Positions 1 through 9,889 of a DNA stretch of 45,931 nucleotides are shown piece after piece. The notes below the pieces were generated by a model that saw nothing but the letters and a program-made list of their open reading frames with translations, had not been told where the DNA came from and searched no databases. Source of the stretch: Octopus bimaculoides (taxonomy: Eukaryota); contig NC_069001.1 in NCBI RefSeq assembly GCF_001194135.2, positions 21,535,008-21,580,938 on the forward strand, written 5' to 3'. The position numbers were made by a program, and so were the translations under genes. The first letter of the stretch is position 1, and each line of letters opens with the position of its first letter.

Positions 1-76
<76 letters not shown>

Positions 77-110
77 CATATACAAACATATATAGGCAAG
101 ATATAAATAT
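1..110. repeat. (TA)n microsatellite
   Basis: Direct reading; AT/AC low-complexity sequence recurs at about 560-860. Confidence 0.98.
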
Positions 111-1144
111 ATATACAAATGCATATATATATAATTAACATATATATGCATTCTAATATACGACCTACTTTAGACTCGCCATTCGTATCATCATCGAAGC
201 TAGAGCTTAAATACTGTCAGTCCGTAGCACTTACTCAGCATTACCTGACACCTTTGGGTCTTCTTGATACCAATAGCTCTCATACCCTTGATATATATAT
301 ACGCACACATGCACGCGCATAAAATCTCCTGGCATATGCTTATACAAGTTAGCTGTTATAGGAAATAGAAAGAGAATGAAAAATCAGAAAATATTAGGTA
401 TGAGGAGGCCGATGAAAACAGTGGAGAAGAAGGAAAAGAAAATAAAAGATAGAGAAACAGAGAAAGGGGAAAATAGATAGAGGCAGAGAGTGCTACCTCA
501 TGACGTTTGAAAGTAACCAAAAACGTTTGGATACTTTATATAGCTAGCACAACGAAGATATAAAACGCACAATAAAATTACATGTATATCTACATTAGTA
601 AAAATATACATACAAATATACACACATATGGATACGCAAACAAATATACAAAAATACAAAAATATATACGCAAATACATGCTCACATTTAAATGTATACA
701 CACATATACATACACATTTATATATGTTTGCATTTATATGTGTATATACATATATATACATACACACACGCATGTGTATACGTACATACACATACAGGCA
801 TATGCATACAAATACATACCTACAATACATACATACAAATAAATATAACGTATATATGCAAACAATTTTTAAAAACTGTTCGGTGTGAATAATATTAAAA
901 TGTGAAATAAAGAAATTGTACATTAATTTGATGCAACTTAATTAAATACTTGAGTCAAAATAAAAATAATAAAAATAAGCCTCGGCGAAGCTTAAGCTAA
1001 AAATAAAATTTATAAAACAGTCGAAAGCTTTTTTAAAAAATGAAGTGGAAATAAACATTAGCGTTGCGATGCAAAATAACAATACCGTGTGGAGTCAAAT
1101 TCAAATGCGAAAGTCAAAAAATATATTTCGAAAGTCAAAACGTT

Positions 1145-1363
1145 TTACCCATACGATATTTTGTCGGTTGACATTTTAAATCTTGTGGTGTGTCTGCAGG
1201 AATTCAAGAGCTCACATCTATGATTCAAAGCGTGTTTATCCTGGAACAAGAGGAAGCATTTTTCTGACAGGCAAAGATTACATTTCATATGTCTTTTATA
1301 AGCTCCATGTTTGTATGCTGATGCTGTTTCTAGAATTTTCCAGGTTATATTGAAAGGACGGGC
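1145..1363 (-). mobile_element. Penelope-like element, C-terminal end of ORF (GIY-YIG domain tail), fragment
   Basis: RPFNITWKILETASAY...KCNLCLSEKCFLL...LNHRCELLNSCRHTTRFKM matches the PLE C-terminal pattern WKIL..A..Y....CNLCL.EK..I.....LN.RSEL...CRH..KF; cut by (TA)n at 1364. Confidence 0.8.
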
Positions 1364-1410
<47 letters not shown>

Positions 1411-1706
1411 TTCATATATAAATGGGAATACTTTTATATATGTGTATATTTGTATATTTATTTATACTTATGTAGATATACATGTAATTTGTGTGCGTTT
1501 TTATGTGTTCATTGCGCAAACTACATGAAGTAGCCAAACGTCCATAATTTACATTATATTCATTATTTACATTCGACGTATATTTTTCCTCATCTTGTTT
1601 CTTGTTAACACAACGTTTCGGATGATATACCCTCCAGCCTTCAGGTGTCTTGGGGAAATTTCGAATCTGGGTTCTCATACTTAAGGTATTTTTCGATAAT
1701 TGTTCA

Positions 1707-1780
1707 GATCACTGCTTAGAATCGAACTCGGAATTTTTGTGGTTAGTAGCCCGCGCTCTTAACGACTACGGCATATGCCC
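1707..1780 (-). ncRNA. tRNA-derived SINE-like head (Pol III A and B boxes), not a functional tRNA
   Basis: Minus strand gggcataTGCCGTAGTCGttaagagcgcgggctactaaccacaaaaattccGAGTTCGATTCtaagc: degenerate A box plus B box. Confidence 0.65.
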
Positions 1781-1825
1781 ACGGACACATGGCGTAGTGG
1801 TTAAGACACCTGAAGTAGTAGTTAA

Positions 1826-1871
1826 GTCGCCTGAAGAAAGCTGGAGGGTAAATCAGCCGAAACGTTGTGTT
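1826..1871 (+). ncRNA. Type I minimal hammerhead-like motif (family A)
   Basis: CTGAAGA 1831-37; stem II gctg/cagc; GAAAC 1859-63; palindrome AACGTT; GTT site; gtgtt after it. The mirror copy at 1607-1650 (-) has stem I gacac/gtgtt but a damaged core. Confidence 0.55.
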
Positions 1872-2780
1872 AACAACAAACAAGATGAGGACAAATATCC
1901 GTCGAATGTAAATAAGGAAAATAATATAAATAATGTATATAATTCCTCATCTCTTAAATATAGATCTGTATCCAAACGTTGTTGGTTACTTTCAAGAGCC
2001 ATAAGATAGCACTCTCTGCTCCTATCTATTTCCCCTTTTCTCTCGCTAGTTTTCAGTTTCTCTTTCTTTTCTTTTCTTTTTCTTCCTCTCCACTGTTTTC
2101 ATCCTCCTCCCCATACTTAATATTTTCTGATTTTTCCTTCTCCTTCATTCGCCTGAAACAACGCCAGGAGATTTTATGGGCGTGCATGTGTGCATATATA
2201 TATATATATATATATGCATTTGTAAGTCTATCTGTCTTTCCAATATATGTTTGTATATGTATATAGCTATGTACATGCGTCTGTATGTTTTAGTGTATAC
2301 ATGTATATTATATATAGTTTGGTATGTGCATATACTGCTAAATATATATGTAATCCAACGTGAATTTTTTTTAAACGGATATAACTTTTAATATATAATT
2401 GATTAATATTTTACAAGTAATTATTTATCCTGGACATTTAGACTCTGTCTTTCCTTATAAACTCTTTTTGATTTAAGGTTTTCTTCGATTCCCTAAAAAG
2501 ATGATTTTAAACTGAAATTTGTACATTGCATGCAACGGGTCATTGTAAAGACGTTAGTTTTAAAGGACCAATGAAACACAATCATTTTCAATTATGCATC
2601 CATTAAACTAATTGTATATGTTTGCTTATAACCTTATTTTGGTTCCATTCTAAACAAAACTCTCCGGCGAACGGGCAGGTTTTGTAATATTTTTGCTGCT
2701 TTTTAATAAAACATATCACTCTACCTCTGGTATTCGAGTACTATTTTTTCCACCTTGTTTCGCATTTATGTGCTTACTCT

Positions 2781-2827
<47 letters not shown>

Positions 2828-3031
2828 NNNNNNNNNNNNNNNNNNNNNNNNNNNNNNNNNNNNNNNNNNNNNNNNNNNNNNNNNNNNNNNNNNNNNNNNN
2901 NNNNNNNNNNNNNNNNNNNNNNNNNNNNNNNNNNNNNNNNNNNNNNNNNNNNNNNNNNNNNNNNNNNNNNNNNNNNNNNNNNNNNNNNNNNNNNNNNNNN
3001 NNNNNNNNNNNNNNNNNNNNNNNNNNNNNNN
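2828..3031. other. Assembly gap (N run) flanked by (TA)n
   Basis: Direct reading. Confidence 1.
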
Positions 3032-3097
3032 NTATATATAGATATAACTTTTTGCTTCCATAACAGCAAATGTATCTATGTATCCTTTGGGTATTTC

Positions 3098-3365
3098 CTA
3101 TTTAGTACGGGGAGACCTTAAATTTATGAAGACGTAATCCAGTATTTGTCTGAGTGATGATTCCTTCGGGTTTCTGGATAAAATGTGGATGTCCAGTTGG
3201 CGCTGTTTGCCACCAAGTTGGCCTTTGGCATGTTGATAGAATATGGAGGACTGTGTTTTGTCATAATATTGCCTCAGGTGTCTATTTATTCTCCCCACAA
3301 TACTTCTCGATGTCAGAAAAGAAGCATAATGGAGAGCATACGGCACAAATCAAAGCCACACAACC
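3098..3365 (-). mobile_element. Penelope-like GIY-YIG endonuclease fragment (degenerate)
   Basis: CAVC, then (frameshift) TSRSIVGRINRHLRQY...SSIFYQHAK...LDIHILSR.P..SSLRQILD, resembling C..C..YIGETSR....R..EH...S....H...IL....R..LE. Confidence 0.55.
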
Positions 3366-3422
3366 AAGGAAGATTTTAACTCAACAGAGTCTATGTAAAG
3401 CCAAGAGTAATTTCAATGCTTC

Positions 3423-3467
3423 GCAGTCTGACGATGGTTCAGCAGGTCGAAATTTCGAAGTCACTAT
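3423..3467 (+). ncRNA. Type I hammerhead-like motif (family C)
   Basis: gcagt CTGACGA tggttcagcaggtc GAAA tttcgaa GTC actat; homologous to 44955-44999 (-). Confidence 0.6.
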
Positions 3468-3519
3468 AAATAATATTTTTAAGAATATATATATCTGTGT
3501 GTGTATGTGTGTCTTTGTG

Positions 3520-3735
3520 TACGAGGTGTCCTAAAAAGTTCCTGGCTTTGGGTAAAAGAAAATACAGTAGGATCAGTTAATTATGATCTTATTCAATATA
3601 TTCCCCTCTCAGATTCTCACACTTATTGCACCAGTCCTTCAGATTTTCTAGGCTCCGTAAAGGAACTCGGAAGGTTGGGCCTCCAACAAGGCCTTTCGGG
3701 GTACCCTTAAAGTCAGAAACTTTTCAACACGTCAT
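3520..3735. mobile_element. Tc1/mariner-type MITE
   Basis: Left end TA-cgaggtgtcctaaaaagttcctggctt; right end aagtcagaaacttttcaacacgtc is an imperfect inverted repeat; no ORF. Confidence 0.65.
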
Positions 3736-3883
3736 GTGTAGTAAGAATCTTGCTTTCCAACCACATGGTTCCGGTTTCAATCTCACTGCATGACATTTTG
3801 GGAAACTGTCTTCTACTACAGTCTCAGGCCGACCAAAGCCTTGTGAGTTAATTTGGTAGACGGAAACTTAAAAAAGACTGCCA

Positions 3884-3914
<31 letters not shown>

Positions 3915-4095
3915 TCATGTGTGTGAACGAGTGTCTGTGTATCTTTGTGTCTGAGTCCCTCCATCACCGTTTCACAACCAGTGTTAACGTCCCTGTAACT
4001 TAGTTTTTCGGCAAAATGGACCTGCAGAGTAAGTCCTAGGTTTAAGAAATAAGTTCTGGGATTATGGTTCTGAGGTCGATTCATTCGACTAAAAA
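3736..4095 (+). mobile_element. tRNA-derived SINE family 1 (head, core, internal microsatellite, tail)
   Basis: Homologous along its length to the reverse complement of 36165-36590 (ccaaccacatggttccggg...gtcttctacta...ggtagacggaa...gtaacttag...tcggcaaaa). Confidence 0.85.
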
Positions 4096-4099
4096 CATT

Positions 4100-4206
4100 G
4101 AGTGCGGTCATGCTGCGGCACAGCCTTGGGAGGTTTTAGTCGAACAAATTGATCCCAGGACTATCTTTGATCCAAGTACTTATTCTATCGGTCTTTTTGC
4201 CGAACC
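4100..4206 (-). mobile_element. SINE family 1 tail, inverted relative to 3736-4095, cut by the gap
   Basis: ttttagtcgaacaaattgatcccagg...tacttattctatcggtctttttgccgaacc is the reverse complement of the tail just upstream. Confidence 0.8.
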
Positions 4207-5106
4207 NNNNNNNNNNNNNNNNNNNNNNNNNNNNNNNNNNNNNNNNNNNNNNNNNNNNNNNNNNNNNNNNNNNNNNNNNNNNNNNNNNNNNNNNNNNNNN
4301 NNNNNNNNNNNNNNNNNNNNNNNNNNNNNNNNNNNNNNNNNNNNNNNNNNNNNNNNNNNNNNNNNNNNNNNNNNNNNNNNNNNNNNNNNNNNNNNNNNNN
4401 NNNNNNNNNNNNNNNNNNNNNNNNNNNNNNNNNNNNNNNNNNNNNNNNNNNNNNNNNNNNNNNNNNNNNNNNNNNNNNNNNNNNNNNNNNNNNNNNNNNN
4501 NNNNNNNNNNNNNNNNNNNNNNNNNNNNNNNNNNNNNNNNNNNNNNNNNNNNNNNNNNNNNNNNNNNNNNNNNNNNNNNNNNNNNNNNNNNNNNNNNNNN
4601 NNNNNNNNNNNNNNNNNNNNNNNNNNNNNNNNNNNNNNNNNNNNNNNNNNNNNNNNNNNNNNNNNNNNNNNNNNNNNNNNNNNNNNNNNNNNNNNNNNNN
4701 NNNNNNNNNNNNNNNNNNNNNNNNNNNNNNNNNNNNNNNNNNNNNNNNNNNNNNNNNNNNNNNNNNNNNNNNNNNNNNNNNNNNNNNNNNNNNNNNNNNN
4801 NNNNNNNNNNNNNNNNNNNNNNNNNNNNNNNNNNNNNNNNNNNNNNNNNNNNNNNNNNNNNNNNNNNNNNNNNNNNNNNNNNNNNNNNNNNNNNNNNNNN
4901 NNNNNNNNNNNNNNNNNNNNNNNNNNNNNNNNNNNNNNNNNNNNNNNNNNNNNNNNNNNNNNNNNNNNNNNNNNNNNNNNNNNNNNNNNNNNNNNNNNNN
5001 NNNNNNNNNNNNNNNNNNNNNNNNNNNNNNNNNNNNNNNNNNNNNNNNNNNNNNNNNNNNNNNNNNNNNNNNNNNNNNNNNNNNNNNNNNNNNNNNNNNN
5101 NNNNNN
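4207..5106. other. Assembly gap (N run)
   Basis: Direct reading. Confidence 1.
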
Positions 5107-5301
5107 ATATATATATATATATATAGTACATACACATATAGCTATTCACATAAAATTCATTCTGCCACTTACCTTCCACAATTCAAATATACCAATTTCA
5201 AATATACTAATTTGAGCCATGAACTCCCTATACATATAGAGGAAGCTTCAAATACTAGTCAGAAGCAAAACACCTGCGACATAAGCCACGTCTTTCTATT
5301 T

Positions 5302-5882
5302 GAACTTTTTGAAAATCATTGTAAACTGTGAAACCGGTTAAATCTTTAAATATATTAACAAAAATTATTTTAACTATTCTCAGTGCATTTTCAACTGCTA
5401 TTTTTCCTATATTTCTACCCGCGTGGAATAAAATAACTTTGTTTCTTTTATAAGAAATGAAGAGATAATTATAATCAATCATGTATGCATGAAATTGGAA
5501 ATTCATAATCGAGTCTTGTCTAGCTTTTTTTTAATTTACATATCTGTTTATTTCTCTCTTTGTTAGTTGACATATCGTTTATAACTTATCAAACGCTAGA
5601 ATGGTCGTTGAAGAAGAATTGTATACATTCTATTTGTTTGCAAGGTGACTCACCTAAGAGGTCATATAAATTTATCCTGCATGAAGGTTTATTTAATAAT
5701 TCGATCGTATTTCAAATCATGATTTCTGAAGTTGTGACTGAACAATAATAATATTATTTTCTGGCATGTGTTGCATATATTGTATGTATTTATTATTCTC
5801 AAAGACTTTTGATAATCTTTTTCTAAAAAAGTGAAACCGGTTAAGTAAATAAATATTTAAAAAAAATAAGTGCATTTTCAAG
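5302..5882 (+). repeat. Two degenerate direct repeats about 500 bp apart (5302-5393, 5805-5882), each with a hammerhead-like motif (family B)
   Basis: Both read actt(t)TTGA(A/T)AAtc...gtGAAACCGGTTaa and later agtgcattttcaa. Confidence 0.6.
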
Positions 5883-5887
5883 CCTTC

Positions 5888-5925
<38 letters not shown>

Positions 5926-6827
5926 CAAAATGGGACAAAAACGCAAAACATCCAGACACAGCCCTTACACTCTTACTTCGTTCATTCCACTCTTCGTTCT
6001 TTCGTTCTCCCTCTCTCACATTTTTTGCCTTCTCTTCGTGTTGACTTTCCCTCTTCTTTTCACTTCCCTGTGTCCTTGTCATTTTTTCTCGTCCCTCCTT
6101 ATTTCTTCTGACCCTCTGCCTCTACCTCTCTCTGTTTCTTCTCTCCCTAATTTAACGGTGTTCGGCCAAGCATCTATATTCCTCCCTGTGCCTGTGAAAC
6201 CCTGTATCCCTGCCGTAAGACTTTACTTCCACACACGCCAGCTTAATTTAAGTCGTCCTTAGTCGAAACACATAGTATTGACTTGTAAAAAACGTTTAAT
6301 ATACTTTATAGTATACAATAGTTGCATAACGTCATACTCAGTTCCTACAAGTAAAATATAATTCCAATCTAACTGTGATCTTAAAGGTATGGTTCGGTGT
6401 TCGATGGAAACTAGAGATGTTTTTAGTGTGGTAAGAGGAATGTTAGTAGTAAGAGGAGTGTTAGTAGTGACTATAAAGTGTATAGACGGATGGTAGAAAC
6501 AATAGCGTGTTAACTTAAGGGCGTAAGGCAGAGCCAAAAAATATAAAAAAGTAAACAGAAAGTGAGATATATGAACAGGCGTGCTGAGGTCGAGTAGTAA
6601 AAGAATTAAGAGGAAAATTAGGGAACAAGTAAAACAAAACAATTACAGTAAATGACCGGTTTATACATAAACTCTGAGGTTTGTTGAAGAAGAAAATTTG
6701 TGAGGCACGTGGATAGACATGAAGATAAAACTGAATGAAAAGCGTATAACTGGAATAGAGAAGAAAATGAAGAAGAAATGAGGATGAAAAGAAAATGGTA
6801 AATTAGAAAAATTGGTTTCAAATTTTG

Positions 6828-7015
6828 GCACAAAGCCAGCAAGTTCTGTGGGAGGGACAAGTCAATTACATCAACCCCAGTCCCCTACTGGTTTTTATTT
6901 TATACTGAAAGGCAGAGTCGACCACGGAGGAATTTGAAGTCTGAGCATAAACACGGATGAAATGCCGCTAAGCAGTTTGTCCGGTGAGCTGACAATTCTG
7001 CCAGTTCGTTGCCAA
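6828..7015 (-). mobile_element. tRNA-derived SINE family 2
   Basis: Reverse complement matches 38768-38955 (gcttagcggcatttc...ttcaaattcctccgtggtcgactctgcctttc). Confidence 0.85.
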
Positions 7016-7029
7016 AGCAGTAGCAACAT

Positions 7030-7235
7030 TTTGACACAAGGCCAGTAATTTCGGGGGAGGGGTTAAGTCGATTACATCGACTCCAGTATTCGACTGATAC
7101 TTATTTTATCGATTCCGAAAGGATTAATAATAAAGTCAAACTCGCCAGAATTTCAACTGAGAACGTGAAGGCAGGTGAACTGCTGCTAAACATTTTGTTT
7201 GGTGTGCTAACAAATCTGTCAGCTCTATGCCTTAG
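7030..7235 (-). mobile_element. SINE family 2, tandem second copy
   Basis: Same motifs (gtcgattacatcgactccagta...gccagaatttcaactgagaacgt). Confidence 0.8.
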
Positions 7236-7581
7236 CAGAAGGAAATATTAGCAATAAGATATTGACTGAAAGAATAACAGTAAAATAGAATACTAAAAAA
7301 ATACAATACTGTTGGGAAATTCAGGAAGGTACACAGATGGTGCAATGTCCAAGGAGATGGGAGCTGATAAACGAGATTAGTGATGCCTTATAAAGTAAAT
7401 GAAGATTGCGTTTGCAGGCGTTTAAGTCGTTTAAAACGGACATGACAGAAAGGAGAAAGACCTGAGAGTCCAAAGACCTGAGAGTCCAAAGACGATGAAA
7501 GTTACAGTCTACAAGGGAAGAAAGTTAGGGAAATCAATCAAAGTGTCTTTAGTGTGAATGCATGTTTCGGAAGACTAGGGG

Positions 7582-7936
7582 CAGTGGTACTCGACAAGGT
7601 TCCATATATCCCCTAAGGGTCTATATAAGATTTTTGAGGTCCACGCAACAAAATAGTAAATTGGGGGTTCCATAATAGTATTTTAAGGACCCCTGTAAAA
7701 ATTTTGCTTTGGATGTATGTATTGGTATGTATTGCAAGAAACAACTGTGTTTCTTTCTCTAACATTTTTCATAGTTCAACCTATACAAGTTAATGTGTGA
7801 AAAACAAAATAAGAATTTTGAAAGAAGTTTCTATAAAACTAGGTTTTAAACATCGAATGTCTATTGAGGCCCACCAGAATAAAATAATAATCAAAAAGGG
7901 TCCATAGATGAAAATAAAAATAGTTGAGAACCCTTG
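7582..7936. mobile_element. hAT-type MITE
   Basis: Ends cagtggtactcgac / agttgagaacccttg resemble the hAT TIR CAGTGGTTCTCAAC; the 8-bp TSD is not recognisable. Confidence 0.55.
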
Positions 7937-8829
7937 AGTTAAGGCAATCACTTGGTGGGGTGAGGTGGGGTTAACAACACTGAAGAGAAAGGGAAGTAAG
8001 GAAATAAGACTAGGACAAAGAAGAATGTGGGACTGCAAGTGTGTGCATGTGTGTTTAAGTGTGTGTTTAGGAGTATGTGAGGGTGTGTACGCTACTGAAC
8101 TAGAGTCGGTGGCGAGGAAGGTGTGAAACAGAGATGTTTAGCAGAGCGGAAGTGGCGAACAGGATCAAAGCTTGTGAATGAATGAGAAAACGTGTAAGAA
8201 GTGGGTGAAAAATGTCGGTGCGTGGTGACATGTATGTGGGAGGTATATATGTGGGAGGAAAATTGGTTATGCGTGTGTCAATGTGATGATGTATGTAGGT
8301 ATGTACGATCGTTCTGTTATATATGTGTGTGTCAAGATATTCAGTAGAGATTGAAAGTGTGTGTTAGATCGGTGTGGAGCTGTGGGAGATAGATGAGTAA
8401 GGGAGGATGTGCGTTTTTTACGTGGAAATAGTGTTGATATTCTTTTATTCTTTTATTCGTTTCTGCCATGTTGAGATTAAGTGTTTGAGTGTGAGGGTTG
8501 TTTGTGTGTGTGTGTGTGTTTGCGCGCTGTAGGTTTTATTTGAGTGTGAATACAGTGCATAGCAGCTGCATGGAAGAGTGGTGAAGGAATCAGAAGGAAA
8601 ACGGTTAGCGGAGCAAGATAGTAGAAAATGTTAGAAGATTTGAAGAGAATTTAGAGCGAAAAGCTTGTATGTCAGGAGTGGCAAGTACCTGTTCCCACTG
8701 AAAATGTTGAGCGATCCTGAGGCAGTAACGACAGTCAAGCGTTGTTAAGTAGGAATTTCGTTAGTCTTTAGTTGCTAAAATAAATGTTCACCTCTTCCCA
8801 GCTGTTTCAATACTCACCTTACTAGTGTT

Positions 8830-9215
8830 AGGAATTATAAGCAACGGATAATCTCGCTACAAATCCCATGAGTTACAAATTCGTGAGTTACAGTTTCTAA
8901 ATTTATCGTAATATCAAAATTATTTATTCTGTCTTTTCTGACCAATAATTTGTCATAAGACTCTTTAACTGAGCGTATAGCACTCAAAATAATATCAATA
9001 TCTCTAGAGTTAGTACACATTTTTTTATCGCAAAAATGAAGGCCTTATTTAGTAAGACTATAGATATATTATGGTAATAACTGTAAATATCGAACTCTAT
9101 GAAATTGTACCTACGTTTGTGTTGAATATGCTCAAACCAATCAATCACGCCAGAAAGTTTAACCTTAGCTTAATAGAAACAGGAAATAATAATGTTAAGT
9201 ATTTTTTACCAACCC
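8830..9215 (-). mobile_element. Penelope-like reverse transcriptase fossil
   Basis: LGRVGKKYL...VIDWFEHIQHKRRYNFIEFDIYSYYHNIS..LLNKAF...DIDIILSAIRSV....LLVRKDRINNFDIT...CSEII matches the PLE RT pattern VI.WF..I..K....FI.FDI..FYPSI...LL.KA...DI.II...RKS.L...WVKK...FDVTMG...AEICEL. Confidence 0.75.
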
Positions 9216-9464
9216 GGCCAAGGTAGTATTTTAGCTATGTATAGAAGCTGTGTGATTTTAATCGATATACATTATTCTAAATAATATTGTGACAATATTG
9301 GTAAGTAGAAATGTTAGATTTCATGGTTTTATTGTATTGTTTTTTCGAGTGTATCTTTGGTCAAGCGGAACTAGATTGAGTAACAATAGGTATCCTAAAA
9401 GCAGACTAACACTCCAGTTAAAGTTTCTACCGAGATGACGACCAGGCACTCTCAAGCAAGTACA

Positions 9465-9600
9465 ACAGTTCGGCTTCAAGAAACCGATATAAGAGCCAAG
9501 CTTAATAACAAATACTGGAATAGATTCCCTCGACTAAAATCCTTTGAAGTCAGTACTCCAGCATAGCCGCAGTTCAATAACTGAAACAAGTAAAAGATAG
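9465..9600 (+). mobile_element. SINE family 1 tail
   Basis: ctcgactaaaatcctttgaag...ctccagcatagccgcagttcaataactgaaacaagtaaaag matches 42685-42770. Confidence 0.75.
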
Positions 9601-9682
9601 AACTCATTACTTACTAGTCTGCTTTGGAATATCCCTGTAAGATCGGCTAGACTCTGCCTCTGTAAATTTACGGGCAAACATA

Positions 9683-9889
9683 TATAGGGTGTCCATGAAT
9701 TACCTTCAGAATTTGAAAAATTCAAGAAAAACTGAAAAATAACGATAATCAAAGTTTATTGGAAAACATGTGTAAACAAATGTTTTATTAGAATCGCCAG
9801 AAGATTTTCAGGTGGTCTCCATTGGTTGTATGCAACACACCTAGACGATGCTCAATTTCTGCTGTAAAGATAATTTATAGACACCCTTA
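9683..9889. mobile_element. Tc1/mariner-type MITE with about 20-bp TIRs and TA ends
   Basis: ta-tagggtgtccatgaattacc ... gataatttatagacaccct-ta. Confidence 0.75.

Larger units (their letters stand above)
1550..1963. mobile_element. Fold-back (palindromic) non-autonomous element with a tRNA-like head and a hammerhead motif in each arm
   Basis: 1553-1650 is the reverse complement of about 1824-1935; central palindrome 1757-1780 vs 1781-1805; right arm lacks the tRNA-like part. Confidence 0.8.

Noticed and set aside
119-923. Y/I/H/T-rich ORFs
   Set aside because: AT/AC low-complexity sequence.
1707-1780. Functional tRNA gene
   Set aside because: No complete cloverleaf or acceptor stem; it is embedded in a repeat, so it is treated as a SINE head.
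4064-5215. 300-380 aa ORFs (also 2693-3121 and others)
   Set aside because: They are open only because they cross N runs.
8810-9020. Exon-like ORF with a perfect AG|GTGAGT donor on the minus strand
   Set aside because: The peptide is Penelope RT; the donor is probably coincidental, though exonisation is not excluded.
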